A stretch of DNA of 64,000 bases from Promethearchaeati archaeon SRVP18_Atabeyarchaeia-1. Its GTDB lineage: Archaea > Asgardarchaeota > Atabeyarchaeia > Atabeyarchaeales > Atabeyarchaeaceae. The first letter of the stretch is position 1, and each line of letters starts with the position of its first letter. Below the pieces are notes generated by a model. That model made no database searches, was not told where the DNA came from, and was given only the letters and a program-made list of their open reading frames with translations. The position numbers and the translations under genes are program-made. The stretch lies in assembly GCA_037308085.1 (NCBI GenBank), contig CP147779.1:1760001-1824000 (forward strand), written 5' to 3'. Positions 10,748 through 19,891 of the stretch are shown piece after piece.

Positions 10748-11266
10748 ATGACGAAAATCCTGATTGTATACGAGTCTCAGACGGGTAACACTGAGAAGAT
10801 GGCTGAAGCTATCGCAGCAGGCGTCGGTGAGGTAAAGGGAGTTGAGTGTGAAGTCAAGAAAGTAAGCAAGGCAAGGCTTGACGACTTGGTTGCTGCGGAT
10901 GCGATCATTATGGGATCCCCGACATACTATGGAGAGATGTCTGCGGCACTGAAGTCTTTCATTGATTCGTCAGCGCAGATCCACGGGAAACTTGAAGGAA
11001 AAGTTGGGGCTGCTTTCACTAGTGCAGGAGGAACTGCAAGCGGCGCAGAAACTACTTTGCTCTCGATACTACAGACTATGTTAGTACACGGGATGATCAT
11101 ACAAGGTCGGCCTGATGACAAGCACTATGGTGTTGCATGCGTTGAGTCCCCCAATGAAGGAGCCACTGAGAATTGCAGGAAGCTTGGCAGGAGAACTGCA
11201 GAGCTTACCCTGAAGATTCTTGGTGGGACTGGGAGAAGGCTGCAAAGCAAAGGATCCAAGAAGTGA
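10748..11266 (+). CDS. Flavodoxin-like WrbA-family NAD(P)H:quinone oxidoreductase
   Basis: YESQTGNTEKMA, GSPTYYG, GKVGAAFTS. Confidence 0.9.
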   Translation: MTKILIVYESQTGNTEKMAEAIAAGVGEVKGVECEVKKVSKARLDDLVAADAIIMGSPTYYGEMSAALKSFIDSSAQIHGKLEGKVGAAFTSAGGTASGAETTLLSILQTMLVHGMIIQGRPDDKHYGVACVESPNEGATENCRKLGRRTAELTLKILGGTGRRLQSKGSKK

Positions 11267-11275
11267 AGGCGGGAA

Positions 11276-12490
11276 ATGAGACTTGGTTTTGTCGTCAACC
11301 CCGTAGCTGGAATGGGTGGGCGAGTTGGTCTGAAGGGGACTGACGGGGTCGCCGAGGAGGCCGTAAGACGCGGGGCCAAACCGATGTCGCCAGCGAGGGC
11401 GATAGAGTTCCTAGAAGCACTAAAGAGAGATTCAGATGGCGGGAAGCGGCTTGAGTTTGTTACGTGTAGGGGATCGATGGGCGAGGATGAACTCGAACAG
11501 GTTGGGCTGAGAATTCATGAGATCCTAGCAATACCCACCAAGCGCTCTGAGGCTGGGGCTCAGAAGACGTCGGGTGAAGACACAAAGGCGGCAGTAAGAT
11601 CGTTTGTCGCCGGCAAGGTTGAACTGGTGGTGTTCGTTGGTGGAGATGGGACGGCAAGAGATGTCCTAGATGCACTTGAAGAAGTCCGGTTCAGCGGAGG
11701 GTCGAGGAGCACCTCGGCGGATGAAGAGGGTGGCGGATCGTCACCCAATACCCCTCCTGCTCTGGGGGTTCCTTCTGGCGTAAAGATGTACAGTGCAGTA
11801 TTCGCGTTGAATCCTGCCGACGCGGCCCAAATAGTCTCTCTCTACGCTGAAGGGAAGTCCCAAGTCACCGACTTGGAGGTTGTCGATATCGATGAATATG
11901 CCTTCAGAAATGACGAGCTTTCAATACGCCTGTACGGTTACATGAAGTGCCTCTACGTACCGTCGATGAGCCAAGCCAGCAAGGAGCTCTCACCCGATTT
12001 GACTGATGAGAAAGACAACCAGGAAGCAATAGCGAAGGCAATCACAGAGGAAATGGATCCAGAAGGCCTCTATGTCCTTGGACCGGGAACTACAATCAAG
12101 ACCTTGGCAGAAGCGCTTAAAGTCAAGAAGACCACGCTAGGCGTCGACATATACTACAAGGGAAAAATGGTCGGAATCGACGCCGATGAGAAAAGCATCG
12201 TAGATGAAATAGAGACACACGGAGGGAAGAAGAACGCTTGGATCGTGGTCTCGCCAATTGGCCGGCAAGGCGTGCTTTTCGGAAGAGGAAACCAACAGAT
12301 AAGCCCTGCAGTCCTGAAGGGCGTCAACAGAGACCACATAATTGTCGCTGCAACTAGAAGCAAAGTGCGAGACTTGGATTGCGGAAGCATTAAGGTAGAT
12401 ACAGGCGACAAGGACCTCGACAGTACCTTTAGGGGGTACATAAAGGTAATGACAGATTACAGGGAGTGGAGAATGGTTCCGGTAGACTGA
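11276..12490 (+). CDS. ATP-NAD/AcoX kinase family protein
   Basis: NPVAGMGG, GGDGTARD, GVPSGVKMYS, GRGNQQISP. Confidence 0.9.
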   Translation: MRLGFVVNPVAGMGGRVGLKGTDGVAEEAVRRGAKPMSPARAIEFLEALKRDSDGGKRLEFVTCRGSMGEDELEQVGLRIHEILAIPTKRSEAGAQKTSGEDTKAAVRSFVAGKVELVVFVGGDGTARDVLDALEEVRFSGGSRSTSADEEGGGSSPNTPPALGVPSGVKMYSAVFALNPADAAQIVSLYAEGKSQVTDLEVVDIDEYAFRNDELSIRLYGYMKCLYVPSMSQASKELSPDLTDEKDNQEAIAKAITEEMDPEGLYVLGPGTTIKTLAEALKVKKTTLGVDIYYKGKMVGIDADEKSIVDEIETHGGKKNAWIVVSPIGRQGVLFGRGNQQISPAVLKGVNRDHIIVAATRSKVRDLDCGSIKVDTGDKDLDSTFRGYIKVMTDYREWRMVPVD

Positions 12491-12616
12491 CAAAATTCAG
12501 TGTGTGCAGGTCGACACTCTTCAGCTGGATCCAGCAGAATCAAGGCAAGTATAATAAAGAGAGTTCCAGTAATAGTAAGGCATCTGATAGAAGCAGAGCA
12601 TTCAGGAGTGTCTTCC

Positions 12617-13075
12617 ATGTCAACGAAAGCACAAAAGAAAGGATCTGGCGCTGAAGACCGTCGTATAGCGTTCTTGCTTGCACTCATCGGAGGAGCGTGC
12701 TTGATTCTAGCTGGCGTGAGTGGGGGTGTGTGGATCTACGCCCAAGCCTTTGCCGCGATCGTGCTGGTGTACCCCGAGCTCGCAGGTATTCTTGGGCTTA
12801 TTCTCCCGATTCTAACTGCGATCGCTTCGCTTGGTGGCATAGCTGTAATCATAGGCGGAGTACTCATCCTCGGCGTGAGACTGACGACAGGCAAATTCCT
12901 CATCATGATGGGAGCTGGAGTCGGGATACTCGGGATCTTCATAGGTTTGGCTTCAGGTCTGGCTCAGGGTTGGGGTCTCGTCCAGAGCGCTCAGGCTGTC
13001 TTCGCGACTTACCAGGTTATCGGTTGGATCGGGATACTCTTCGCGATACTCGCGAGATTTATGGCTAGGAAGTAG
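12617..13075 (+). CDS. Four-TM Gly-rich membrane protein
   Basis: Four hydrophobic segments; GGAGTG SD before ATG 12617. Confidence 0.7.
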   Translation: MSTKAQKKGSGAEDRRIAFLLALIGGACLILAGVSGGVWIYAQAFAAIVLVYPELAGILGLILPILTAIASLGGIAVIIGGVLILGVRLTTGKFLIMMGAGVGILGIFIGLASGLAQGWGLVQSAQAVFATYQVIGWIGILFAILARFMARK

Positions 13076-13371
13076 AGTCAAGCTAAGGTGAAGGGGTGAA
13101 GGCTGTCTGCTGATTCCTTCGCTCCAGCTTTTTTCTCGATCAATTGACCACCGCGGATCTCAAGTGCCTATTGTATTGTCATGAAAATCACAGTCGGGGT
13201 GGGCAGGGCTAAAGCTGACAAATGGATCATGTGATCTTCGCAAAACGCGCGTGCCCCGTGGAAGCTAATGAGGAGAATATATATGCAGGATGTTACCTAA
13301 GTTTATCAACAACCGGACGCAGATACGGTCAGATCCTAGTGATATGAGTGAACTTGGAGGTTTGATTAAGC

Positions 13372-13557
13372 TTGGCAAGAAAGCCGAAGGAATTTGAGAC
13401 TAAAGAGTCCACCGGAACTCGAGTAGTCTGTCCAAAGTGCGGATCGATCCACGTAAGGAGCAGTGATGAGAAAGGCAAGGTTATGACTTACATGGGCGGC
13501 ATGCCCGTCTACAAGAAGCTCTGGGTATGCAAGGATTGTGGAAACCAGTGGGGATAG
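13372..13557 (+). CDS. Small zinc-ribbon protein
   Basis: CPKCG...CKDCG; GGAGG SD. Confidence 0.75.
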   Translation: MARKPKEFETKESTGTRVVCPKCGSIHVRSSDEKGKVMTYMGGMPVYKKLWVCKDCGNQWG

Positions 13558-13815
13558 ATCTTGATACTCCCCTCTTGGGGAAGTGAGAATTCACGCTTGG
13601 GAAATTGATCAGGCCATGATGCATGATCTTTGACGCACGTGCACACCGAGAAGATTTTCCGAATTCCGAGTGAACTGGAGTCGTGTCCAACCTTCTGATT
13701 CTCAGCATTGTGGAGTTACAATAGCTCCAATACTCTTTCTTTTGATTAGCCTCCCGACACGGGATAAGAGAGCTATTTCTGGATTCATCTACGCAAGTAG
13801 CGCAGTAAGCTATTT

Positions 13816-15228
13816 ATGAACCATGGGCGAAAAGTAGCACAGGTCCCGGCGCAAGACAAGTCAATTGCAGGGAGTATTCAGGTCGGCAGGGTGATCAAGC
13901 TGTCAAGTCCGGAGAGAAAGAACTTTCGAGGCTACATGGCATTCTGGTCTGGACAGATGATCTCCACCTTTGGAACCAACATTGTGCAGTTCGCCATCAT
14001 CATATGGTTCGCGATTGTAACTGGCAGTCCGCTCATACTAGGTCTGGCAGGGTTTGGCGCTCTTGGCACCCAGCTGGCTTTGACTCCAATTGCAGGGGTC
14101 TATGTCGACAGATGGTCGAGAAAAAAAGTCATCGCCGTCTCAGATGGTTTGCAGGCAGTTGCGGCGCTAATCCTTATCTACTTCTTCTTCACGGGTCAGG
14201 CAACTGTCTGGCATGTGCTCATCATACTCTCAGCCCGCGGCGGTCTCGGCGCGTTTCACGATCCAGCCTTCCAGGCTGTTATCCCCATTATGGTCCCCGA
14301 GCGCTGGCTTAGCAGGATCAATGGTCTTACCCTTTTGGCAACGGGAATGTCAGCCGCAATTGGGGCGCCGACAGCCGTCTTACTATACTCATTACTTGGA
14401 GGAGATCTGGCAAGAATCCTATGGATAGACGTGATCACTTTCTTGATTGCAGTTGTTCCAACCGTAATCGTCTACATCCCACGAGTAGACAAGGGCAAAT
14501 CACGCGGTGAGAAGGTTGCCTTTAGAAGCGAATTCTCAGAGGGTCTCACTTTTATTCGAAAGAAGAGAGGACTGCTCACACTGCTCAGTACCTTCACGAT
14601 TGCCAACTTCCTCCTTGTTCCTCTTGGAGTGCTGTTACCCTTGTTCTCCATTCAAATCTTAGCGAAGGGAGACACCACTACAGGTAAATTTCTTTTTGGC
14701 TTCCTGTCATTCTTGACCAATGTCAGCCTTCTTGTCGGCGCCGGCATAATGACCGCTTGGAAGGGATTCAAAAGAAACATCGTCGGAGTTGTTGGGGGGC
14801 TGGCGCTGGGAAGCATAGGAATGTTGCTTTTTGCACTCTCAACTCATATAGGCAGTCTCCTACTATGGTTGACCCCTCAGGCAGTTGTCTATGTTGCCGC
14901 TTTTGGGGCGCTTCTGGTTGGGCTAGTTGTACCCATCGCAAATGTCTCGAGCCAAACCATTTGGCAGAAGATAGTGCCCCCCGAGAAGCTTGGCCGAGTG
15001 TTCTCAGTCAGGTTGGCGCTCGCCCAGATGTCGGCACCCTTTGCCATGCTCTTCAGTGGTCTAGCGGCCGACCTCATCGGAATGCAGATGGTCTTACTCA
15101 TCTGTGGGGGATTGGAACTGCTAGTACTGGTAGTTACGTGGTCAATGACATCGCTCCCGCACGTGGAAGACACTATTCTAGAGAACCAGAAGCCTCCTGA
15201 AGAGGGAAACCTGAAGAATAGGAAATAG
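13816..15228 (+). CDS. MFS transporter (MefA/DHA3-like; start uncertain)
   Basis: FWSGQMIS, GVYVDRWSRK, ~12 TM segments, PPEKLGRV. Confidence 0.9.
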   Translation: MNHGRKVAQVPAQDKSIAGSIQVGRVIKLSSPERKNFRGYMAFWSGQMISTFGTNIVQFAIIIWFAIVTGSPLILGLAGFGALGTQLALTPIAGVYVDRWSRKKVIAVSDGLQAVAALILIYFFFTGQATVWHVLIILSARGGLGAFHDPAFQAVIPIMVPERWLSRINGLTLLATGMSAAIGAPTAVLLYSLLGGDLARILWIDVITFLIAVVPTVIVYIPRVDKGKSRGEKVAFRSEFSEGLTFIRKKRGLLTLLSTFTIANFLLVPLGVLLPLFSIQILAKGDTTTGKFLFGFLSFLTNVSLLVGAGIMTAWKGFKRNIVGVVGGLALGSIGMLLFALSTHIGSLLLWLTPQAVVYVAAFGALLVGLVVPIANVSSQTIWQKIVPPEKLGRVFSVRLALAQMSAPFAMLFSGLAADLIGMQMVLLICGGLELLVLVVTWSMTSLPHVEDTILENQKPPEEGNLKNRK

Positions 15229-15261
15229 GGAAGAAACTTAGTAGATTCGCGAGGTGTTTAC

Positions 15262-15714
15262 TTGAGGGAGAATAAGATGCCTGTGTCATTGGATAAGAGA
15301 AGTGGGACGGTCAGCTTCATCGGACTAGTTCAAAAAGATACATCAAGAATAATTGTGTTCCCAGAATTCTGCAAAGGTATAGAGGGATTGGAGAACTATT
15401 CGCACGTGATCATACTATACTGGTTTCATCAGCGCGACAACCCCAAAGAAAGATGCACTCTCCAAGTTATTCCGAAGAGACACGCGGGAGCCCCACAGAT
15501 TGGCGTATTTGCATCAAGAAGCCCGAGCCGGCCAAATCCAATCGGACTCTGCGTCGCGGAACTAATCGGAGTTGAGAAATGCATTCTGACCGTAAAGGGG
15601 CTTGACGCTGACGAGGGGTCCCCGATAATAGACATAAAACCCTACTTGCCCAAGGCAGAGTCGATCCCTGATGCCAGAACGCCCTATTGGGCACAGAGCG
15701 GGCCTTTGACCTAA
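15262..15714 (+). CDS. trmO: TrmO/TsaA (YaeB) family tRNA m6t6A37 methyltransferase
   Basis: GVFASRSPSRPNPIGL, GLDA..GSPIIDIKPY. Confidence 0.88.
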   Translation: MRENKMPVSLDKRSGTVSFIGLVQKDTSRIIVFPEFCKGIEGLENYSHVIILYWFHQRDNPKERCTLQVIPKRHAGAPQIGVFASRSPSRPNPIGLCVAELIGVEKCILTVKGLDADEGSPIIDIKPYLPKAESIPDARTPYWAQSGPLT

Positions 15715-15721
15715 GCCTTCC

Positions 15722-16954
15722 TCATTTCTTAGAGGACTTTCTTTCTTCTTTTAGTGGTTCAGGGAGACGTAAACTGAAGAGCGCACCCAGCGTAACATAG
15801 AGGCACATTAGCAGAACGAAGCCGATCGTTCCGAAGGTCGGGATCACAAGTGAGCCACTTAGCGGACCCACGATCAGTCCTGTGCCCAGTATCATCGAAT
15901 ATACTCCGAAGGTTGTTCCACGCGTCTCATGTTTTGCTATGTCGCTGAGGTAAGCGAGGACAGCTGGCGGAAACGCCCCAGCCCCGAAACTCACTAACCC
16001 CACTAGTGGCAAGATAGGCCACAATATCTCAATCGAGTTCACGTTGAGGGTCAGCAGAGTTGCGAGAACGCCGAAGCAGAACAAGCCCACAATGATGAAG
16101 GGTTTGCGCCGCAGCAAACGATCGGATAGCCGCCCCAATAGGAGTAACCCCAAGATCAAACAGAATCCGACAACGCCTAGCGTGAACAACGCTTGTGTTG
16201 AACTGAAAATGCTTCCTGACTCAGCGATACCCTCAGCGAAGGCGATGATCAGTCCGTATAGACAGATAATGGGCGTGTAAACTGGAAGCAGACGAAGTAT
16301 ATCTTTGTTTGAAAAGGTTTGCTTAAAGAGCGCTTTAACGCCAATTGAAGTGACTTCTTTGCCTTTTGTTTCTGTGACAAGTAACAGAACCAAGACAACG
16401 GAGACCATGACCATTCCCCCTGCCAGAACAAGACTCGAGAATATCGTGAAGTGGAGTAGATTGATGAGCATCGCCCCAGCAACATACCCACCTGCTAATC
16501 CTCCGAGAGTTGTCATGTCGAAGATCCCCATGCTCTGCGCCCTGTTCTTAATAGTGGACATGTCGGAGATCATCGTCAGCGTTGAGGAAACTTTGGCTGC
16601 GGCCCCAACTCCAAACAGGGCTGAGAAACCCATCATAAGTGCAAGTGCGCCTTGGGAAAAAATGAACGAGAAGGCTGCTAGGGCGGTCAGGAAATGCCCT
16701 AAGATTAGTACAGGCTTTCTTCCAATCTTGTCACACATGGCGCCAAAACCCATCACGGTAACTAGCTCAGCGGCAGGATAGCTGGCAACTATTATCCCGC
16801 GCATGAAGTCAGCCGCAGGACCGACACCTAAGTAGACGTGGCTGGTTGCGACAGCTATGGAAGCGAATCCGGCAGCACGCATGACGAATGTGGCAATATA
16901 CAAGACCGCGAGACTGACTCGAGACGATACCATACGCGACTCCGCTCCGACCAA
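15722..16954 (-). CDS. MFS transporter
   Basis: GAMCDKIGRK and GRLSDRLLRRK motifs; ~12 TM segments. Confidence 0.9.
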   Translation of the reverse strand: MVGAESRMVSSRVSLAVLYIATFVMRAAGFASIAVATSHVYLGVGPAADFMRGIIVASYPAAELVTVMGFGAMCDKIGRKPVLILGHFLTALAAFSFIFSQGALALMMGFSALFGVGAAAKVSSTLTMISDMSTIKNRAQSMGIFDMTTLGGLAGGYVAGAMLINLLHFTIFSSLVLAGGMVMVSVVLVLLLVTETKGKEVTSIGVKALFKQTFSNKDILRLLPVYTPIICLYGLIIAFAEGIAESGSIFSSTQALFTLGVVGFCLILGLLLLGRLSDRLLRRKPFIIVGLFCFGVLATLLTLNVNSIEILWPILPLVGLVSFGAGAFPPAVLAYLSDIAKHETRGTTFGVYSMILGTGLIVGPLSGSLVIPTFGTIGFVLLMCLYVTLGALFSLRLPEPLKEERKSSKK

Positions 16955-17192
16955 GAATCTACAATTTCACAGTAGCATTGACATGCGCTATGCTTGCTCC
17001 AAGCAAATGACCCTGAAAGTAAGTTGGATGAAATCAGGACGTTGAGTTGTTGCGGAGAGTTGAGAAAGAGAATGATATAAGGATGTTGGTGCCGTCATTG
17101 AGAAGAGTCACTCTGGTGCCATATGATTATATACTCAAACGACAAAAGGTTTTCGCGAATTGAGACCCGCATGTTGTTGAAGGTGCCGCTTC

Positions 17193-17927
17193 TTGAATGT
17201 CCATGAGAAGTCTATCAGAGCGAGCGAATACTTGACCTACGTGATTGGCAACATCATTTTGATGGTTGTCCTCTTTTACATCCTGCTTAATAATCTCCTC
17301 TATGAATGGACGGGGCAGCTGTACCCGGTTACCTCTGGCTTTCGCTTACTCCTAGGAGGTTTAGATGACGCGATCCCATTTGTCCCCGAGATGGTGATCT
17401 TCTACCAATACCTGTTTTACGGGATCGTGATTCTGACGATGCTCTTCTTTGCCTTTGTTGAATACAGGAAAGGCTACGCCCTAAGTTGGTCCTTGGTGAT
17501 AGTCAGCGCCATCGCAATAATCATCTACATTGTCTTCCCAGTTTCAACCTATGAGTGGCGAGTAGCTCTCACCCCACACTTAGACTTGGGCAACTTCTGG
17601 CAAGCTCAAGTATACAGTATTTACACCATTGACACTCCTTTCAATTGCTTCCCCAGCTTGCACGCCGCGGTGTCCACAATCTGCTTCTACACATGGTATC
17701 AATATAGCAAAGTGCGACCCAGCCGGGCAACCAAGATAGCTGCAATCGTTGCATTTGTAATTTCAGCAGGCGTTATTCTCTCTACCCTGTTCATCAAGCA
17801 ACATTATATTGTAGATGAGATTGCTGGAATCTTGCTCGCCTGGGTGATAGGCAGAACCATCTTCAACTATCTGTGGAAAGCTTTCAAGTTGACTGGATCT
17901 CGGGTGGATAAGCGCAAGGTGAAGTGA
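17193..17927 (+). CDS. PAP2-superfamily membrane phosphoesterase/phosphotransferase (AUR1/IPCS-like)
   Basis: NCFPSLHAAVS and STLFIKQHYIVD motifs; multiple TM segments. Confidence 0.85.
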   Translation: MNVHEKSIRASEYLTYVIGNIILMVVLFYILLNNLLYEWTGQLYPVTSGFRLLLGGLDDAIPFVPEMVIFYQYLFYGIVILTMLFFAFVEYRKGYALSWSLVIVSAIAIIIYIVFPVSTYEWRVALTPHLDLGNFWQAQVYSIYTIDTPFNCFPSLHAAVSTICFYTWYQYSKVRPSRATKIAAIVAFVISAGVILSTLFIKQHYIVDEIAGILLAWVIGRTIFNYLWKAFKLTGSRVDKRKVK

Positions 17928-17949
17928 GGCACCCCATTATGGGTGTCTC
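17926..17949 (+). terminator. Hairpin followed by a T-rich tract
   Basis: GAGGCACCC-CATTAT-GGGTGTCTC then TAATTCGTTTTCTGTTTC. Confidence 0.5.
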
Positions 17950-18159
17950 TAATTCGTTTTCTGTTTCTATACCCACCTTGCGAGCTATAGGAACGCAAGG
18001 GGGAAAACATGACGTATCCTTCAAAGGTGTCTGGGTTGCGTAAATTGCAATCAGACTTCGGGTTGTGCTCAGAACGCGGGATAGAATATAAGGGCGATTG
18101 CGAATGTTTGTTTACCCCCGCAGTTTTCCTTGATAAGCATCATTTAGGAGTGTGGAGAC

Positions 18160-18819
18160 TTGAGCGAAGCTGCCGGCAGAATGATAGCAGGAAATATCGT
18201 TCAGGGAATAAAGAAGGCAGGCGCGGTCCTCGGTCCAGGGTACGTGCAACTCGCGGCAAGATATTCGACCGCTTTCTTTGCCAAACTGATCGGCCAGACG
18301 CCACCCGAGGTCAAGGACATAGATGAGGCTCTTGAGTACGCAATTGGGAACATGAAGATCTTCATGAATGGCTATGAAGCATTCGCATATGGCGCCCTCA
18401 AGGCTGAGAGTACCATCCAAGGAGCCACTGGATCCGTTATCAGAATGGTAGCTAAGACCTCGACGGCTCACACGTTTGAGGAGGCTGGTTTCGGCAAGGC
18501 ACTAGGAAAGGCAAGTACTGCTCCAGAGGCCTTAAGGAAGTACTACTCTTCGCTTGTCAAGCTCGGCTCGATGAGGGAACAGGACCTAAAGTTTACCGAT
18601 TCTGGCGCAGAGCTGAAGTTGGATATCGACAATTGCCCGTTCGCTGATGCATGTCTGGCCGCAGTCGCTGAAGGCATTCCAAAGATCCTAGGCGGACACG
18701 AGTGTGTGAGGATTCTAGCTTTTGCAACAATAATCGAAGTCATGACGGGAAGGCAACAAGACTACAAGCTGACCAGACTGAGTCCGCCCAAGTGTGGCGG
18801 CACAATCCTCCAAGCGTAA
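18160..18819 (+). CDS. V4R/methanogen-output-domain-like ligand-binding protein
   Basis: LDIDNCPFADAC...C...C pattern; GGAGTG SD. Confidence 0.65.
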   Translation: MSEAAGRMIAGNIVQGIKKAGAVLGPGYVQLAARYSTAFFAKLIGQTPPEVKDIDEALEYAIGNMKIFMNGYEAFAYGALKAESTIQGATGSVIRMVAKTSTAHTFEEAGFGKALGKASTAPEALRKYYSSLVKLGSMREQDLKFTDSGAELKLDIDNCPFADACLAAVAEGIPKILGGHECVRILAFATIIEVMTGRQQDYKLTRLSPPKCGGTILQA

Positions 18820-18861
18820 GAGATCCCAACACAGGATATCTCATTTCTTCGCCGTCGGATT

Positions 18862-19140
18862 CTACACTAGCTGGGATCGTTGCAGGCGATCCGTCCCCAT
18901 GACCTGAAGTACCTTATTCACGCCATTGACCCCGTCGACTACTGGCAGTGCTATCTTCCACCGCAGTTCACTCGGCAGCCTCGAGAAGTTTGCCGTCTGG
19001 CATTTTCGCCGTCAACTGCCCCTACTGTAGCCGCATACTGCTACACCTCGTGGTCTCCCATGACTCCCCCGATCTGATGTGAAATACCGCGGCGTTGGCT
19101 CGTCGAACCTTCCTCTCCAGGTCCAGCATTGATCTACTCC
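18862..19140 (-). pseudogene. Decayed duplicate of the guaA 3' end
   Basis: Translates with stop/frameshifts as ..AGLERKVRRANAAVFHIRSGGVMGDHEV*QYAATVGAVDGENA/TANFSRLP..KIALPVVDGVNGVNKVL..PATI, versus GuaA [69 protein letters not shown]..PATI. Identical blocks GTGGTCTCCCATGACTCC and GAGAAGTTTGCCGTC occur in both copies. Confidence 0.9.
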
Positions 19141-19141
19141 A

Positions 19142-19759
19142 TCAGACGGTTTTCATCATTACGGTGCTTGGTCCGATGACAAGTGCGGTTGAATGCGCTT
19201 TCAGAATATCGAACATCACCTTAAGTGCGTCGGCGCTTCCCCTTTCGGCGACGGTTTGCTGGTCATACGCGCATATCGCCGTCATGGGGAGATCCAGCGT
19301 TCTGTGAAGCGCTCTCTCATACTGGATAAGTTCTTCCGTCATATTGTTCTCGAAGAAGCATGCCATCTCTCCAGTCACCCTCAAGCCCTTGAAACCCCTT
19401 TTCTTTGAGTCTGCCAGCAAGTCCTTCCACATCTGCAAGGTTCTCGAGGGGTCAAACTTTCCGTCGATTATGTACCAGTCCTTGTAGTCCATTACTTTGA
19501 GGGCACCCTTCTGTTCATACTTGTCGACATCTATGCCGAACTTGCGCATTGCTCTTTTGCTCTCTTCGGGTGATTGCTGGCTAGCCACGTAGGCGGCCGC
19601 TTCTTTTCTTTCCAGGCCAGCTTTCAGGTATGTGAAGAGAACCTCGTTCTTGTCTTCGGTTCTTGTATAGAACAGTACTACGTGGTCTCTGGGTTTCATC
19701 TTCTTCACGAATTCAAGAACCTGGTTTCTCATGAACTCTGCGGTGACGTCCTTTTCCAA
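19142..19759 (-). CDS. Stand-alone MEDS (DcmR-like sensory) domain protein
   Basis: DHVVLFY, YLKAGL, GFKGLRVTGEM, YE..L, ICAYD. Confidence 0.9.
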   Translation of the reverse strand: MEKDVTAEFMRNQVLEFVKKMKPRDHVVLFYTRTEDKNEVLFTYLKAGLERKEAAAYVASQQSPEESKRAMRKFGIDVDKYEQKGALKVMDYKDWYIIDGKFDPSRTLQMWKDLLADSKKRGFKGLRVTGEMACFFENNMTEELIQYERALHRTLDLPMTAICAYDQQTVAERGSADALKVMFDILKAHSTALVIGPSTVMMKTV

Positions 19760-19891
19760 TTCAGATTCCCAGTTATCTATCTCTTCAGGGTTTTATAAAT
19801 CTCTGGCAGACCGTGCCGTTACAGAATGCCCATTTGAGTGGTATATAAGAAGATTATACATTGCGAACAGGGTTCCCCAGAGCTAGTTGTT

